From positions 60,497 to 124,496 of the IMG/VR virus record IMGVR_UViG_3300014205_000004: DNA of 64,000 nt, one strand, 5' to 3'. Source of the stretch: a virus. Lineage: Duplodnaviria; Caudoviricetes. The notes beneath the pieces were generated by a model. The model was not told where the DNA came from and did no database searches. It saw only the letters and a list, made by a program, of their open reading frames with translations. This document shows positions 8,522-18,341 of the stretch, piece after piece. Every line of letters starts with the position of its first letter. Position 1 is the stretch's first letter. The translations under genes were made by a program, and so were the position numbers.

Positions 8522-8845
8522 ATGGAACCGTTCATGAGCATCCCGGACCGCATCACCGAGTCGCGCAAGCTGATCGGGCTTTGCGTTGCGCTCCTCGCCG
8601 TATTGCTGACGATGGTCACGTTCATCATCTGCTCCGCCTTCCTTGGCACGCCGTGGGCTCCGTTCAACGACATGCTGCAGTGGGTGGCTACCATCGCCGG
8701 CGTGCACCAGACGGCGCAGGCAACCAGTGACGTGGTGAAGTGGCGTGCATCTGGTCAGGCAGGCTACAACCTGCAGACTCAGAACACACCTGTCATCAAT
8801 TCCACGGTTACTCGCACGAATAGGCCCATCATTCCGGGTCTCTAG
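8522..8845 (+). CDS. membrane protein (holin-like)
   Basis: SRKLI followed by a long TM helix and a second amphipathic helix. Confidence 0.6.
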   Translation: MEPFMSIPDRITESRKLIGLCVALLAVLLTMVTFIICSAFLGTPWAPFNDMLQWVATIAGVHQTAQATSDVVKWRASGQAGYNLQTQNTPVINSTVTRTNRPIIPGL

Positions 8846-8939
8846 GACTCTTCAATGTAAGTTACATAGCGAGGCGTCGGCCGCTGCATGTCTGTTACCG
8901 TGAGACTACAGACTGCACAAAGAAGGCGAATACAGCTAC

Positions 8940-9320
8940 ATGGCCGATCCGTACAAGCGCATCCACAACCACCTGGATGAATATCGGGACTACATCAAGA
9001 GCCAGCCGCAGCGAGTACGTCCAGATGAAGCAATCGAGATGACGTCGGGATTCCTGTCAACGATCGGTTTCCACGACCATCACGTTCCTGTCTTCGACGT
9101 CGACCAGTTCACGTACCGTTTTCCGTTCCTGGACGAGTACTGGACCCGTCCAGGCGTCGTCTACATCGACCCCGACGAGATGTCTCGTTTCGACACCCGC
9201 CGGTTCCAGACCCGGCTCTTCTCGTGCCTCGCTGAGGCCGATCGCCAGGGACGCCTTTCGCGACTGATCGACAAGGGGAAGGTCTCTAACGTCCGCGCTC
9301 TCATCGATCGAGGGGTGTAG
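8940..9320 (+). CDS. hypothetical protein
   Basis: 126-aa ORF immediately before the portal. Confidence 0.6.
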   Translation: MADPYKRIHNHLDEYRDYIKSQPQRVRPDEAIEMTSGFLSTIGFHDHHVPVFDVDQFTYRFPFLDEYWTRPGVVYIDPDEMSRFDTRRFQTRLFSCLAEADRQGRLSRLIDKGKVSNVRALIDRGV

Positions 9321-9323
9321 TTC

Positions 9324-11435
9324 TTGGCCACTTCCAGCATCCTCCGCGCACTCTTAGGTCTTCCGCCCAAAGCGGATGCGCTCCTGGTCGCGCGGAATCA
9401 GCTGGTTTCGCCTCCCTCTCAGACTGACATCTGGGTGGCGAGGACCAGTGGCAAGGGCGGCCGCGTCCGGCTTCGCACCGGTGGCGGCACGCTCAGCGAG
9501 CAGATGATTTTCGATCGGCAGAACGACCCGCTTCGACTGCCCGGTTCCGTAAGTCTCGACGACTTCGACATCACGATGGAAGACATCGCAGCCGAAATGG
9601 CCGAGCGTGCCGACTACGCAGAGGCCGCATCCGGTGGTAAGGGCAAGCTCCTCAAGATTCCCGAGCCGCGAATCAGCAGCAAGATCGCGCTCAAGATTGC
9701 CCAGCAGCTGAACTCGGGCGGTTCGCCGGCCCCTCAGCTCGAAGTGCCCGCCGACCGTGTCGCGCGCGCCAACCTCGCAATCAAGTACTACCTGTCTGAC
9801 GGCATCGCCGGCCCGGCTATTCGAAGTCTCTACGAGTTCGTCATCGGGCCTGGGTTCGACATCGACCCGGTGTATACCTGGGACGAACTGCCTGGCTGGT
9901 TCAACGTGAACGCACCGGAAGTCGGTATCGCCCGCCAGCGCTACATCGAGAGCCTGGGCACGGAGACCGACGCCGAAGGCAAGACGAAGAAAAAGAAGAC
10001 CATCGGCAAGAAGTCGGACGAGCGAGACCGGCTCATCTTCCTCGAATACCTGCGTCTGCGCGCCGAAGAGCTGCGTGATCGCCTCGAACTCGAAGACTTT
10101 GCAATCGAACTGGCGCGTGACGGGCTTGTGGCCGGTGACGGCTTCGGCTTCCGTGTCGACAACATCATCGACGAGAAAGCCTTCGAAGACCTCCAGCCGA
10201 AGGCTGAGTACCTGTTCAACACGGTCTGGGAGATCCAGGGCGTCAACCCTGTCGCCATCGAGCTCGAAACTGACGAATTCGGCACCCTCGTTGGGGCTAC
10301 CACGAAGCCTGCCGGTGACTTCTCGGGCAAAGGCAACCCGGTTTCGACCGAAGACCTCCCCAAGCTCATCCACCTGAAGTGGAACGGCAACCGCTACACG
10401 ACCTACGGCAACTCGCAGCTCATCAACGCACTCACCGAGCTTCAGCTCAAAGAGTCCCTGATGAACGCAATGAAAGCGTCAGCCGACCGGTACTCGCTGC
10501 CTATCAAGCTGGCGACGTACGGTGTCATGGCTCCTGGCTCAGATGGTGGTCCTATCGCTCTCGACGAGTGGCGGGACGAACTCATCTCGGCCATGACTGC
10601 CTTCAACCCGCAGCGGGACGTCCTGGTCGGCCCGTTCCACTGGGACATCAAGTACATCGGTGCCGAGGGCGACATCCTCGACTTGGCCGGCGACATCGAA
10701 GCCTCGAACCGCCGCATCATGATGTCGATTGGCGTCCCGCCGAACTTCCTCGACTCGAACTACACCTCGTACAACACGGCGAAGATTCAGGTCGCCAACA
10801 TGTTCCTGCGCCTCCGCCAGCTGCAGCTTAAGACCGGCGGCGCGATGGAGCGCAGCATCCTGCAGCCCTGGGCGCAGATGCGCGGCTATCGCGACGTCAT
10901 CGGGAACGTCATCCCGTTCAAGGTCAACTGGCGCAAGGCGAACCTCGAAGGCGACCCGGAGATGCTTTCCACCATCCGGACGCTCGCTTCGGTACCCACC
11001 CAGGAAGTGATGAGCGTCAAGACGCAGCGTCACCTGATGGGCCTCAACCCGGACATCGAAGAGCAGAACTTCGCCGCGGAGCGCCTTGCACGTCGGGCCC
11101 GCTTCGAAGAGCAGGGTCTCGACCCCAACACGGGCCTCCCGCCTGGCACGGACAAGAGCGGCAACCCCGTGAACGAAGACAACGGGACCGACAACACCGA
11201 CCAGAACGACAGCTCGCAGAACAAGAAGAAGGACTCGGGCGACTCAGCAGCCTCGTTGCAGTCGCAGATCGACAGCGTGAAGAACCTCGTCTTCGAGGTC
11301 TCCGCGGAGCAGGGTGCCATGGAAGAGCGCATGGCAGAGCAAATCGAGAAGGGCTGGGAAGAAATGCGCCGTGTGACGACCGCACGCCGGCAGCAGAGGG
11401 CCAAAAGCGGTGAACAAGGAAAAGATCGTGGCTAA
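9324..11435 (+). CDS. portal protein
   Basis: GDGF, VNPVAIE, LIHLKWN...YGNSQL, IMMSIGVPPNFL..SYNTA; size and position at the start of the head module. Confidence 0.8.
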   Translation: MATSSILRALLGLPPKADALLVARNQLVSPPSQTDIWVARTSGKGGRVRLRTGGGTLSEQMIFDRQNDPLRLPGSVSLDDFDITMEDIAAEMAERADYAEAASGGKGKLLKIPEPRISSKIALKIAQQLNSGGSPAPQLEVPADRVARANLAIKYYLSDGIAGPAIRSLYEFVIGPGFDIDPVYTWDELPGWFNVNAPEVGIARQRYIESLGTETDAEGKTKKKKTIGKKSDERDRLIFLEYLRLRAEELRDRLELEDFAIELARDGLVAGDGFGFRVDNIIDEKAFEDLQPKAEYLFNTVWEIQGVNPVAIELETDEFGTLVGATTKPAGDFSGKGNPVSTEDLPKLIHLKWNGNRYTTYGNSQLINALTELQLKESLMNAMKASADRYSLPIKLATYGVMAPGSDGGPIALDEWRDELISAMTAFNPQRDVLVGPFHWDIKYIGAEGDILDLAGDIEASNRRIMMSIGVPPNFLDSNYTSYNTAKIQVANMFLRLRQLQLKTGGAMERSILQPWAQMRGYRDVIGNVIPFKVNWRKANLEGDPEMLSTIRTLASVPTQEVMSVKTQRHLMGLNPDIEEQNFAAERLARRARFEEQGLDPNTGLPPGTDKSGNPVNEDNGTDNTDQNDSSQNKKKDSGDSAASLQSQIDSVKNLVFEVSAEQGAMEERMAEQIEKGWEEMRRVTTARRQQRAKSGEQGKDRG

Positions 11436-11619
11436 TCGACAACCTTGGCGTTGTACCGGAACCATCCAGAAGACCGACATGCCGTGCCGGCAGACGCTCG
11501 GCTTCTACGACGCAGACAAGATGCCCCTGGCCGACCTCAAAGGCATCGTCCAGCTGCGTTGCATCCGCTGCAAGTCGCTCGAAGGCAATGGAGACCTCAC
11601 CCTTCCTGACGCGGCGTGA
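11428..11619 (+). CDS. Com-like zinc-ribbon protein
   Basis: WRC...C..TLG...VQLRCIRCK; overlaps the portal stop. Confidence 0.55.
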   Translation: MANRQPWRCTGTIQKTDMPCRQTLGFYDADKMPLADLKGIVQLRCIRCKSLEGNGDLTLPDAA

Positions 11620-11626
11620 ACTCTCG

Positions 11627-11656
11627 TAGACAGACTGAGTACTGAGTGTGTACTAT
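11627..11656 (+). promoter_or_regulatory. putative promoter of the Fic cassette
   Basis: TAGACA-18 nt-TACTAT with extended TG element. Confidence 0.5.
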
Positions 11657-11690
11657 AACCCCATCTCTTATATGAAGTGGGGCGAGGTTC

Positions 11691-12314
11691 ATGCAACCTG
11701 GTGAAATCGACGGAAAGACGCTCACGCAGTTCGTCATGCATTCGAACGCCATCGAAAACGAGCACCACGACTACATCGAGCAGCGGTTCCAGGCTCATAT
11801 CGGCATCGCGGCAGACATCGCCGCATCTCCCGACTCGGGCTGGCTGTTCACGAAGGACGGGTTGCTGGTCGCGCATCGCGCGCTGATGCAGCACGACCCT
11901 TGGAAGTTCCCCGGCGAGCTCCGGCAGATGGATGTGTTTGTAGGGCAGGACAAGAAGATGAGTCCCTGGCAGGTTCGAGAAGAACTCCCGGATCTCCTGT
12001 CGTTTGCGCGCCGCGGCCTCCCTCACGACCACGCGGACCGGGAAGCGTGGGCGTGGCACGTCCACAACTGGTTCGAGCACATTCACCCCTTCTGTGACGG
12101 CAACGGCCGTCTCGGCCGTCTCTTCCTCAACGCTGCTCGCCTGTACGTCGGCCTGCCCTGGCTTGTCGTGTGGGAGTGGGAGCGGTGGCAGTACTACGAC
12201 CGCATCATCGGATGGGAGCGGGACCTCAGCGCTTGGTTCCGGCAGATGCCCGACGGCCTCAACATCGATGACTTCGTCCAGGCCTCGCTCACTTCCTGGA
12301 GCACTGCCGCATGA
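11691..12314 (+). CDS. Fic-domain protein (AMPylase-type)
   Basis: Intact HPFCDGNGRLGR catalytic motif; N-terminal SNAIEN inhibitory-type motif. Confidence 0.9.
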   Translation: MQPGEIDGKTLTQFVMHSNAIENEHHDYIEQRFQAHIGIAADIAASPDSGWLFTKDGLLVAHRALMQHDPWKFPGELRQMDVFVGQDKKMSPWQVREELPDLLSFARRGLPHDHADREAWAWHVHNWFEHIHPFCDGNGRLGRLFLNAARLYVGLPWLVVWEWERWQYYDRIIGWERDLSAWFRQMPDGLNIDDFVQASLTSWSTAA

Positions 12315-12444
12315 TGGTCATCGCTACAAACGCCATCCACCACCCAGGTCGTTGGGATCGCAAACGCGGCCGGCGTCGCTGCAGGCAGTACCTGCCTACG
12401 GCGAAAGCCTTTCGGCTGTTCCTCTACACGTTGGAGAGGTAGCC

Positions 12445-12588
12445 ATGTCGAAGAGCAAACCACAGCGCTGCCGTCACTATCTCACCACCTACAAAACCGA
12501 CAGCGAGAGCCTCGTCTGGAAGGTCTGCACCAGCTGCGGCACAGCCTTCGAATCCACGCCCATCAAGAATCCCATGGAGTTCGTATGA
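12445..12588 (+). CDS. small Zn-binding protein
   Basis: GGAGAGG RBS; CRH...CTSCG; ATGA-coupled to the next gene. Confidence 0.5.
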   Translation: MSKSKPQRCRHYLTTYKTDSESLVWKVCTSCGTAFESTPIKNPMEFV

Positions 12589-13073
12589 TCATCAAAGCCC
12601 CGACACTATGGGTGTCCAACCCCAAGTACCTGCTGGACCTCTCGGTCTTCCTGGCCGGTTCCATTGAGATGGGTGAGGCCGTCAACTGGCAGGACTCGCT
12701 CGGTAAGCGTCTGGAGGCGAATGACTTCCTGGTCATCAACCCGCGGCGCGATGACTGGGACGCGTCCTGGACGCAGTCGATCGAGAACCCCGAATTCCAC
12801 ACGCAGGTGTCCTGGGAACTCAACTCCATCACCGAGGCTGACTGGGTGGTCTTCCACTTCGAGCCGGGCACGCAGTCGCCCATCACACTCATGGAGCTCG
12901 GCTACGTCGCCGGCGCGTTCCCGGACAAGGCCATAGTCCACTGCCCAGAAGGCTTCTGGCGCAAGGGGAACGTGGACATCGTGTGCGAGCGCTTCGGTAT
13001 CTACACCGTAGAGCGTCTGGGCGACATACCGGACCTGCTCAGCGAGTTGGCAGGCCTGAGTTGGGCAGCGTAG
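12585..13073 (+). CDS. nucleoside 2-deoxyribosyltransferase-like protein (second type)
   Basis: VFLAGSIEMG..NWQ, NPRRDDWD, QVSWEL, SPITLMELG, CPEGFWRKGNV. Confidence 0.85.
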   Translation: MIIKAPTLWVSNPKYLLDLSVFLAGSIEMGEAVNWQDSLGKRLEANDFLVINPRRDDWDASWTQSIENPEFHTQVSWELNSITEADWVVFHFEPGTQSPITLMELGYVAGAFPDKAIVHCPEGFWRKGNVDIVCERFGIYTVERLGDIPDLLSELAGLSWAA

Positions 13074-13600
13074 ATCCCTACGCATCCGCGTACCGAAAGA
13101 CCCTGAACGTCAGGCTCGCCGACGATTCGATGAAAGCGCTACTAGCCCGCGGCTTCGACACCCCGGGCGGTGCTGACTTCATCATCCAGCTGTACGAGCG
13201 CTTAATGGATGCGTACAGCAACGCATGGAGCATCAAAGCACTTTCTGGCAACGAGTGGGCGTACCTGGCCGACGTGGTCATCGAACAATTCCCGTACGTC
13301 AGGCCGGACTTCGATTTCTCGGGCATGTTCACCGCCATCGCCCTCCAGCAGCCATTCCTGCCGGACAGCAAGGTTCGTTGGGAGTTTGACTACCTGCACT
13401 TGCGCAGGGTACTGCTGAACATGGGTCTCGCAGAGGCCGTGTGCGTGTGGGACACGATTTGCCTCATAAGGGAAGAGGCGCAGCAGAGAATACTAACCGG
13501 GCAGCGGCATCGACTCGGCGGTGAACAACCTCCGGCTGGCAAGGTCGCCAAGGTGTCTTTGAAGAAGGCCGTCCGTCGGGTGACTGGACAAATATGCTAA
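13061..13600 (+). CDS. hypothetical protein
   Basis: Fills the gap before a terminator; start uncertain. Confidence 0.55.
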   Translation: MGSVDPYASAYRKTLNVRLADDSMKALLARGFDTPGGADFIIQLYERLMDAYSNAWSIKALSGNEWAYLADVVIEQFPYVRPDFDFSGMFTAIALQQPFLPDSKVRWEFDYLHLRRVLLNMGLAEAVCVWDTICLIREEAQQRILTGQRHRLGGEQPPAGKVAKVSLKKAVRRVTGQIC

Positions 13601-13650
13601 GCTGCGTTTAGCAGACCCTCTAGTTCCGCGGACCTAGCGAGCGGCCTTTG

Positions 13651-13684
13651 AGCCACCGTCCAATTCAAGGATGGTGGCTTTTTC
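13651..13684 (+). terminator. intrinsic terminator
   Basis: AGCCACCGTCC-loop-GGATGGTGGCT followed by a T run. Confidence 0.7.
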
Positions 13685-14338
13685 TTGTCACAAGCACTGG
13701 CACCTAACCACGTACGGATCCTCTCGGGTGGCTTCGCTTATGCGTCGCGCAACCCGCAGCCGACCATGTCCGTGGCTACGAAGAATTACCTCAGTGCCGG
13801 TGGAGTGAAGGAAGAGGATCTGCTCTACCTCAGCTACCCGTTGGTCCACGAAGGCACCAACAACAACGGTGACGAGTTCACCGCCGAAGAGATGAAAGCC
13901 TCGTACAAGACGCTGGTTGGCACGGTGGTCGACAAGGACCACAACATGAGCGTCGATGCCATCTGTGGTAAGAACTACGAAGCCGAGTACGTGACGGAGT
14001 CCGGCAAAGGCATCATCAACGTCGACGCGTATGTCTACGCCAACCTCTACCCGGACCTCGAAATCAAGATCCTGGACGGGACCATCAACGCGGTCTCGAT
14101 GGAGTGCTTCTTCGCGCGTTCCGAGCAGGTTGCTCTTCGCCGCCGGCGACTCCACGACATCCAGTTCATTGGCTCTGGCCTCGTCCGTATTCCTGGAGAC
14201 CCCCAGGCCCTGATCAACACCGACGAGCTGGCGGGTGAGACACAGAGTGGTCTCGTCACGCCTGGCCGCACGCAAGCAGACCGCCGCCGCTTTGCAGCGA
14301 TTGCCGCGGCTGTCATCGCCCTCCAGGAGGTTGCCTAA
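13685..14338 (+). CDS. putative prohead maturation protease
   Basis: N.NGD.F, DKDH, VSMEC, F.G.GLV..P.D..A pattern; lies between portal and capsid; start uncertain. Confidence 0.65.
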   Translation: MSQALAPNHVRILSGGFAYASRNPQPTMSVATKNYLSAGGVKEEDLLYLSYPLVHEGTNNNGDEFTAEEMKASYKTLVGTVVDKDHNMSVDAICGKNYEAEYVTESGKGIINVDAYVYANLYPDLEIKILDGTINAVSMECFFARSEQVALRRRRLHDIQFIGSGLVRIPGDPQALINTDELAGETQSGLVTPGRTQADRRRFAAIAAAVIALQEVA

Positions 14339-15552
14339 TGCCCGAACTCAACGAATCCAACGAACTGCTGTCCCCCGACGAGATGCGGACGTACCTGGCC
14401 ATGGCCAAGGAACTGATCACGCTGGAGCGCGTGGAGGCGGAGAACGCCAGCCGGCCGCGCTACGCGGATGCGGCGCGCATGCGCTTCCCTGTCTACACGG
14501 CAGAACTGGCTGTCGCTTCGAAGGTGTTCTACGACAACGCCAATGAAACGCACAAGGCCGTCTACTCCGCAGAACAGTGGGAAAACATCGGTAACGTTAT
14601 CAGTGCTGCACTCGGGTACACCAATGCGGCACACAACGAAGAAGAAGATGTTAATCTGGTCTTGCAGGCCATGGTTTTGGTGCGTGAGCTTGTAGCCCGT
14701 GAGGCTATCGATGGCGCACCCGACTCCACTTGGAAACTCAGTGACCTGGTCTACTGTCTGCAGCTTCTCTGCTCGCTCAAGTGGCAGGAGGAGTGGGACG
14801 TCTACTTCCAGGAAGAAATGGCCGAAGCCAGCGTTTCCGAAGAAGAAACCACCGCGACGGACACCGTCGAAATCATCACTGCCACGGAAGGTGAAGAAGA
14901 CATGGCAATTTCTGACGACGATCTGGCAAAAATTGCCGAGGTCAACAAGGCGTCGAACGAGGAGCTCAAGCAGTCCCTCGCCGACAACACCGCGGCCCTC
15001 CTGGCTGGCCTGAAGGAAATCCTCTCGGCCGCTGCTCCGGTCGCTCCGGTTGTTGCTTCCACGGAAGTCGAAGCCGAAGTCGAAGCCCCGGTCGTCGAAG
15101 CCCAGGGCCAGGCCGAAGCGGCCTTCCCGCCGGCCGACGACAAGAAGGACGAAGAGGACGACGAGGAAGACGACAAGGATTCCAAGGCGTCCGCCCCGGT
15201 CGCTCCGGTCGTCGCCACGAACCTGACCCCTGCTGAGCGCGCTGGTCGCGCTGCTGAACTCGCCCTTGACCAGGAAGCCGAAGCCGCCAAGGCCGAAGCT
15301 GCCGATCGTCTCGAAGCGAACGTCGGTGGGGGTGGCGGTGCTGCCAGCCTCGGCACCCTCGGTACGGCTTCGTTCCGCCTCTGGGACCCGGCCGATGTCG
15401 ACAAGGTCCTCTCGGCTCAGCGCGAAAGCGTGACTGCCGGCCTCACGAAGCGCCTCAAGGGCACGGCCATCGCCGTTGCAAACGGCGGCGGTCCCAAGCG
15501 CGACGCGTCCGAGTACGCCGAAGCGTTCATCGCTCTCCTTTCCCGCAACTAA
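14338..15552 (+). CDS. putative scaffolding protein
   Basis: Acidic, Ala/Glu-rich low-complexity protein between protease and capsid genes. Confidence 0.55.
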   Translation: MPELNESNELLSPDEMRTYLAMAKELITLERVEAENASRPRYADAARMRFPVYTAELAVASKVFYDNANETHKAVYSAEQWENIGNVISAALGYTNAAHNEEEDVNLVLQAMVLVRELVAREAIDGAPDSTWKLSDLVYCLQLLCSLKWQEEWDVYFQEEMAEASVSEEETTATDTVEIITATEGEEDMAISDDDLAKIAEVNKASNEELKQSLADNTAALLAGLKEILSAAAPVAPVVASTEVEAEVEAPVVEAQGQAEAAFPPADDKKDEEDDEEDDKDSKASAPVAPVVATNLTPAERAGRAAELALDQEAEAAKAEAADRLEANVGGGGGAASLGTLGTASFRLWDPADVDKVLSAQRESVTAGLTKRLKGTAIAVANGGGPKRDASEYAEAFIALLSRN

Positions 15553-15593
15553 GACCTGCGGGCCAGTCACCCCGTCCATAGGAGGACACACAA

Positions 15594-16076
15594 ATGGCCG
15601 AACTCGGCGTCGCACAGGGCATTTCCGCCCAGAAGTTTGAGGTCCTGGACCACAAGGGGCTGAACGCGTCCACGTTCAAGTGCGCGTCCCTGTGCAGCCG
15701 GGGTGACCTCGTCTACATCTCGGCCGCGGGTGTTGTCACCATCGGCACGACCGGCCTCGGTGCCAATGCCCGGTACGCCGGCTTCATCGACACCAATGTC
15801 ATCACCCAGGCTGACCTTGACGTCCGCGTCATCGGCCAGCACGGCGACTACGCTGCCCAGACCACGGGCGTCGTGTCCGTCTGGCAGGAGGGCGAGTTCC
15901 GCGTCTCCAACGTTAGCGGTGTCATCGGCGACAACGTGGCCGTTTACCCGGCCGCGAACGGTGCCCTCTCGGCGTCCCAGACGGGTTCCGACAAGGCGGT
16001 TGGCTTCTCGATCACCGGCAACGGTGGCGTCTCGGGCAAGCCGATCACCATCCGCATCAGCAACTACAACGCCTAA
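15594..16076 (+). CDS. putative head decoration/cement protein
   Basis: Strong RBS; small Gly-rich beta protein directly before the major capsid. Confidence 0.6.
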   Translation: MAELGVAQGISAQKFEVLDHKGLNASTFKCASLCSRGDLVYISAAGVVTIGTTGLGANARYAGFIDTNVITQADLDVRVIGQHGDYAAQTTGVVSVWQEGEFRVSNVSGVIGDNVAVYPAANGALSASQTGSDKAVGFSITGNGGVSGKPITIRISNYNA

Positions 16077-16121
16077 ACCGTAAGGCGAGAGACCACCAAA
16101 CCTAAGCAGGAGAACCAAGAA

Positions 16122-17102
16122 ATGCCCAACGCAGGAAACCGTGGCCTCTCCCTCGCGGACAAGCAGGCGCTGTTCGCGGAGGCCAAGGACACGCTCAGTG
16201 CCAGCGAGTTCCAGAATGTTCTGGCCACCGCTGCCCTCGTCCCGATCGCCGAGCAGGTGATTGAGACCTCGATCGTCCGGAAGCTCTTCCAGACGGACCG
16301 CTTCAGCCAGGGTGCAACGATTCCCTACACGCTGAAGACCCGGATGAACGCTGCCGCGATCATCCCCAAGTTCGGCATGGCTCCGTCCATGATCGTTCGG
16401 CAGAACCGCATCCAGGTCGAGCCGTACATCATCAGCCACAAGCACGAGATCAACCTCATCGACATCGAGGACGCGAACTACAACGTGGTCGCGGACTCGC
16501 TCGAAGACGCCGGCAAGGAAGTTGAGATCAAGGAAGACCAGGAAATCCTGCGCCTCCTCTCGACCTACGCCCCGGACGCTGGTGGTGGTTACCCCTCCAC
16601 GACCGAGACCATTACGGTCACTGCCGGTCCGGGCGGTCAGGGCACCATGCTCAGCGCGAACGTCTTCCGCGTCGGCTCCTCGCAGACCGCCCCTGCGGGC
16701 GGTGTCGCTGGCGATCCGACCATCCAGAACGTCCAGGTCATGCAGTCGCACCTTCGGGAAATCGGCTACGAGCCTGACCAGGTCCTGACCAGCCCGTGGG
16801 GCATGGGCAAGTTCAACGGCCAGGAGCTCTTCCTTCACGCCGACAAGCGCGGCAACAGCCGCACCCTCGATACCGGCATGGTCACCGACAGCCTCGGCGT
16901 CAAGTGGACCTGGAACCGCCTGGTACCGCGCAAGTCCATCTACATCATGGACACCGGTGAGCTCGCCCGCTGGGTGGAGCGCAACGGCCTGTCCATCAAG
17001 ACCAGCGAACGCGACCTCATGGCCGAGTGGTTCATGTGGGAGCGGGCTTGCCCCTTCCTCCGGAACGCCAACGCGTACGGTCGCATCATCTTCAACACCT
17101 AA
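16122..17102 (+). CDS. major capsid protein (probably HK97 fold)
   Basis: 326 aa; strong RBS; highly biased codons; synteny; followed by a terminator. Confidence 0.7.
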   Translation: MPNAGNRGLSLADKQALFAEAKDTLSASEFQNVLATAALVPIAEQVIETSIVRKLFQTDRFSQGATIPYTLKTRMNAAAIIPKFGMAPSMIVRQNRIQVEPYIISHKHEINLIDIEDANYNVVADSLEDAGKEVEIKEDQEILRLLSTYAPDAGGGYPSTTETITVTAGPGGQGTMLSANVFRVGSSQTAPAGGVAGDPTIQNVQVMQSHLREIGYEPDQVLTSPWGMGKFNGQELFLHADKRGNSRTLDTGMVTDSLGVKWTWNRLVPRKSIYIMDTGELARWVERNGLSIKTSERDLMAEWFMWERACPFLRNANAYGRIIFNT

Positions 17103-17126
17103 ACCGAGGTCTTCGGTCAGAACCCC

Positions 17127-17157
17127 AAGAGGGTGGGCATACCGCCCACCCTCTTTG
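17127..17157 (+). terminator. putative terminator after the capsid gene
   Basis: AAGAGGGTGGGC/GCCCACCCTCTT 12-bp stem. Confidence 0.65.
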
Positions 17158-17178
17158 CATAGGGAAAGGGTCCACCAC

Positions 17179-17370
17179 ATGTCCGCCAATGCGGCCGGCA
17201 AGACCACCATCACGACAGGCTTCTCGCGCATCGCCCGCAGCCAGAAGTCGAGCTTCGCTTCGAAGGCCGACTGCGACTGCCTCTGCCACCAGGGAGCGGC
17301 TTCGCACCTTGAGCCGTGCGTGTGCGTGAGTACCTCTGAAACAGCTCAGAACACGATTCTACAGGGGTAA
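17179..17370 (+). CDS. small Cys/His-rich protein
   Basis: CDCLCH...H..PCVC; RBS upstream. Confidence 0.5.
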   Translation: MSANAAGKTTITTGFSRIARSQKSSFASKADCDCLCHQGAASHLEPCVCVSTSETAQNTILQG

Positions 17371-17376
17371 TGTACG

Positions 17377-18006
17377 ATGGCTGACAAAGCGGTCATGGAC
17401 CTGGTTGTAGACCTCAAGTCGGACCTTCATTCGGTCCTTCAGGTCTACGTGCCTGAGAAGCTCATGGCCGTCGAGGCTGACCTTCAAACGTGCACGGCGT
17501 GGGAACAGAACTGGTACCAGCGCCCGCCCGCAATCATCTACAAGAACGGCGTTCCCATCTCCAGTGGGTTCGACATCGACTACGACACGGGCACGCTGTT
17601 CTTCTCGGTCGACCTCCTGGTGACTGACCGTATTACGGCGGAGTTCTTCTACTCGCCCTTCACGGATGAGCAGCTGACGACATTCCTGGAGCGGGCGTGC
17701 GCCGAGGTCGGTGCCAAGCTCAGCCTCGCGGTAGACACCCAGGCCATCCCGGACGCACTCCAGGCGCTCGTTGTCGACTTCGCGTACGTGCGCACCTTCA
17801 CCGCGGTCATGGCCGAGACGGCGATGTACCACAAGTGGATCCGCGACGGTGTCGAGGTACACAAGGACATGGTCACCAAGAACCATCAGATGGTCCTCGC
17901 CGAGAAGCGTGCCGGTATGACCGACAGCATCAACAGGCTCAGGCTCTCGGGCTTGAGCGGCGGTCAGGTAGTTGCCACCACGGCGACTGCTCAAGACCTC
18001 CTCTAA
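17377..18006 (+). CDS. putative head-tail adaptor
   Basis: Synteny; FTDEQLTTFL motif typical of connector proteins. Confidence 0.55.
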   Translation: MADKAVMDLVVDLKSDLHSVLQVYVPEKLMAVEADLQTCTAWEQNWYQRPPAIIYKNGVPISSGFDIDYDTGTLFFSVDLLVTDRITAEFFYSPFTDEQLTTFLERACAEVGAKLSLAVDTQAIPDALQALVVDFAYVRTFTAVMAETAMYHKWIRDGVEVHKDMVTKNHQMVLAEKRAGMTDSINRLRLSGLSGGQVVATTATAQDLL

Positions 18007-18017
18007 GGAAAAGGCAA

Positions 18018-18341
18018 ATGACATCAGAGGAACGGATTCAGCGCGGGATGGCCCCGAGCTTCTACCCGTACGGCAACGTGCCGGGGCCAGACTACGACTT
18101 CACCGACTACGCAGACTACGTCGACCACCTTGTCGTCAACCTGGGCGGTCCGCTGCGCATCTTCCGTGCGGCGATGCTCGACCTGGTCAGCATGATCTGC
18201 GTGAACCCCGAGCAGAAGAAGGCCGCGCGAGACGTCGTCTTCTCGAAGTTCAAGGAGAACGCTGAACTGCTCGAAGCGTGGTGCAGGTTCTACGGCTTCG
18301 ACGACGAGACCGTGCTCTGCGCCATCAAAGGGTTGGACTAG
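18018..18341 (+). CDS. hypothetical protein
   Basis: AGGA RBS and ATG 18018. Confidence 0.6.
   Translation: MTSEERIQRGMAPSFYPYGNVPGPDYDFTDYADYVDHLVVNLGGPLRIFRAAMLDLVSMICVNPEQKKAARDVVFSKFKENAELLEAWCRFYGFDDETVLCAIKGLD

Noticed and set aside
8940-9320. Terminase subunit upstream of the portal
   Set aside because: No Walker or nuclease motifs and no recognisable small-terminase features; the terminase is probably outside the window.
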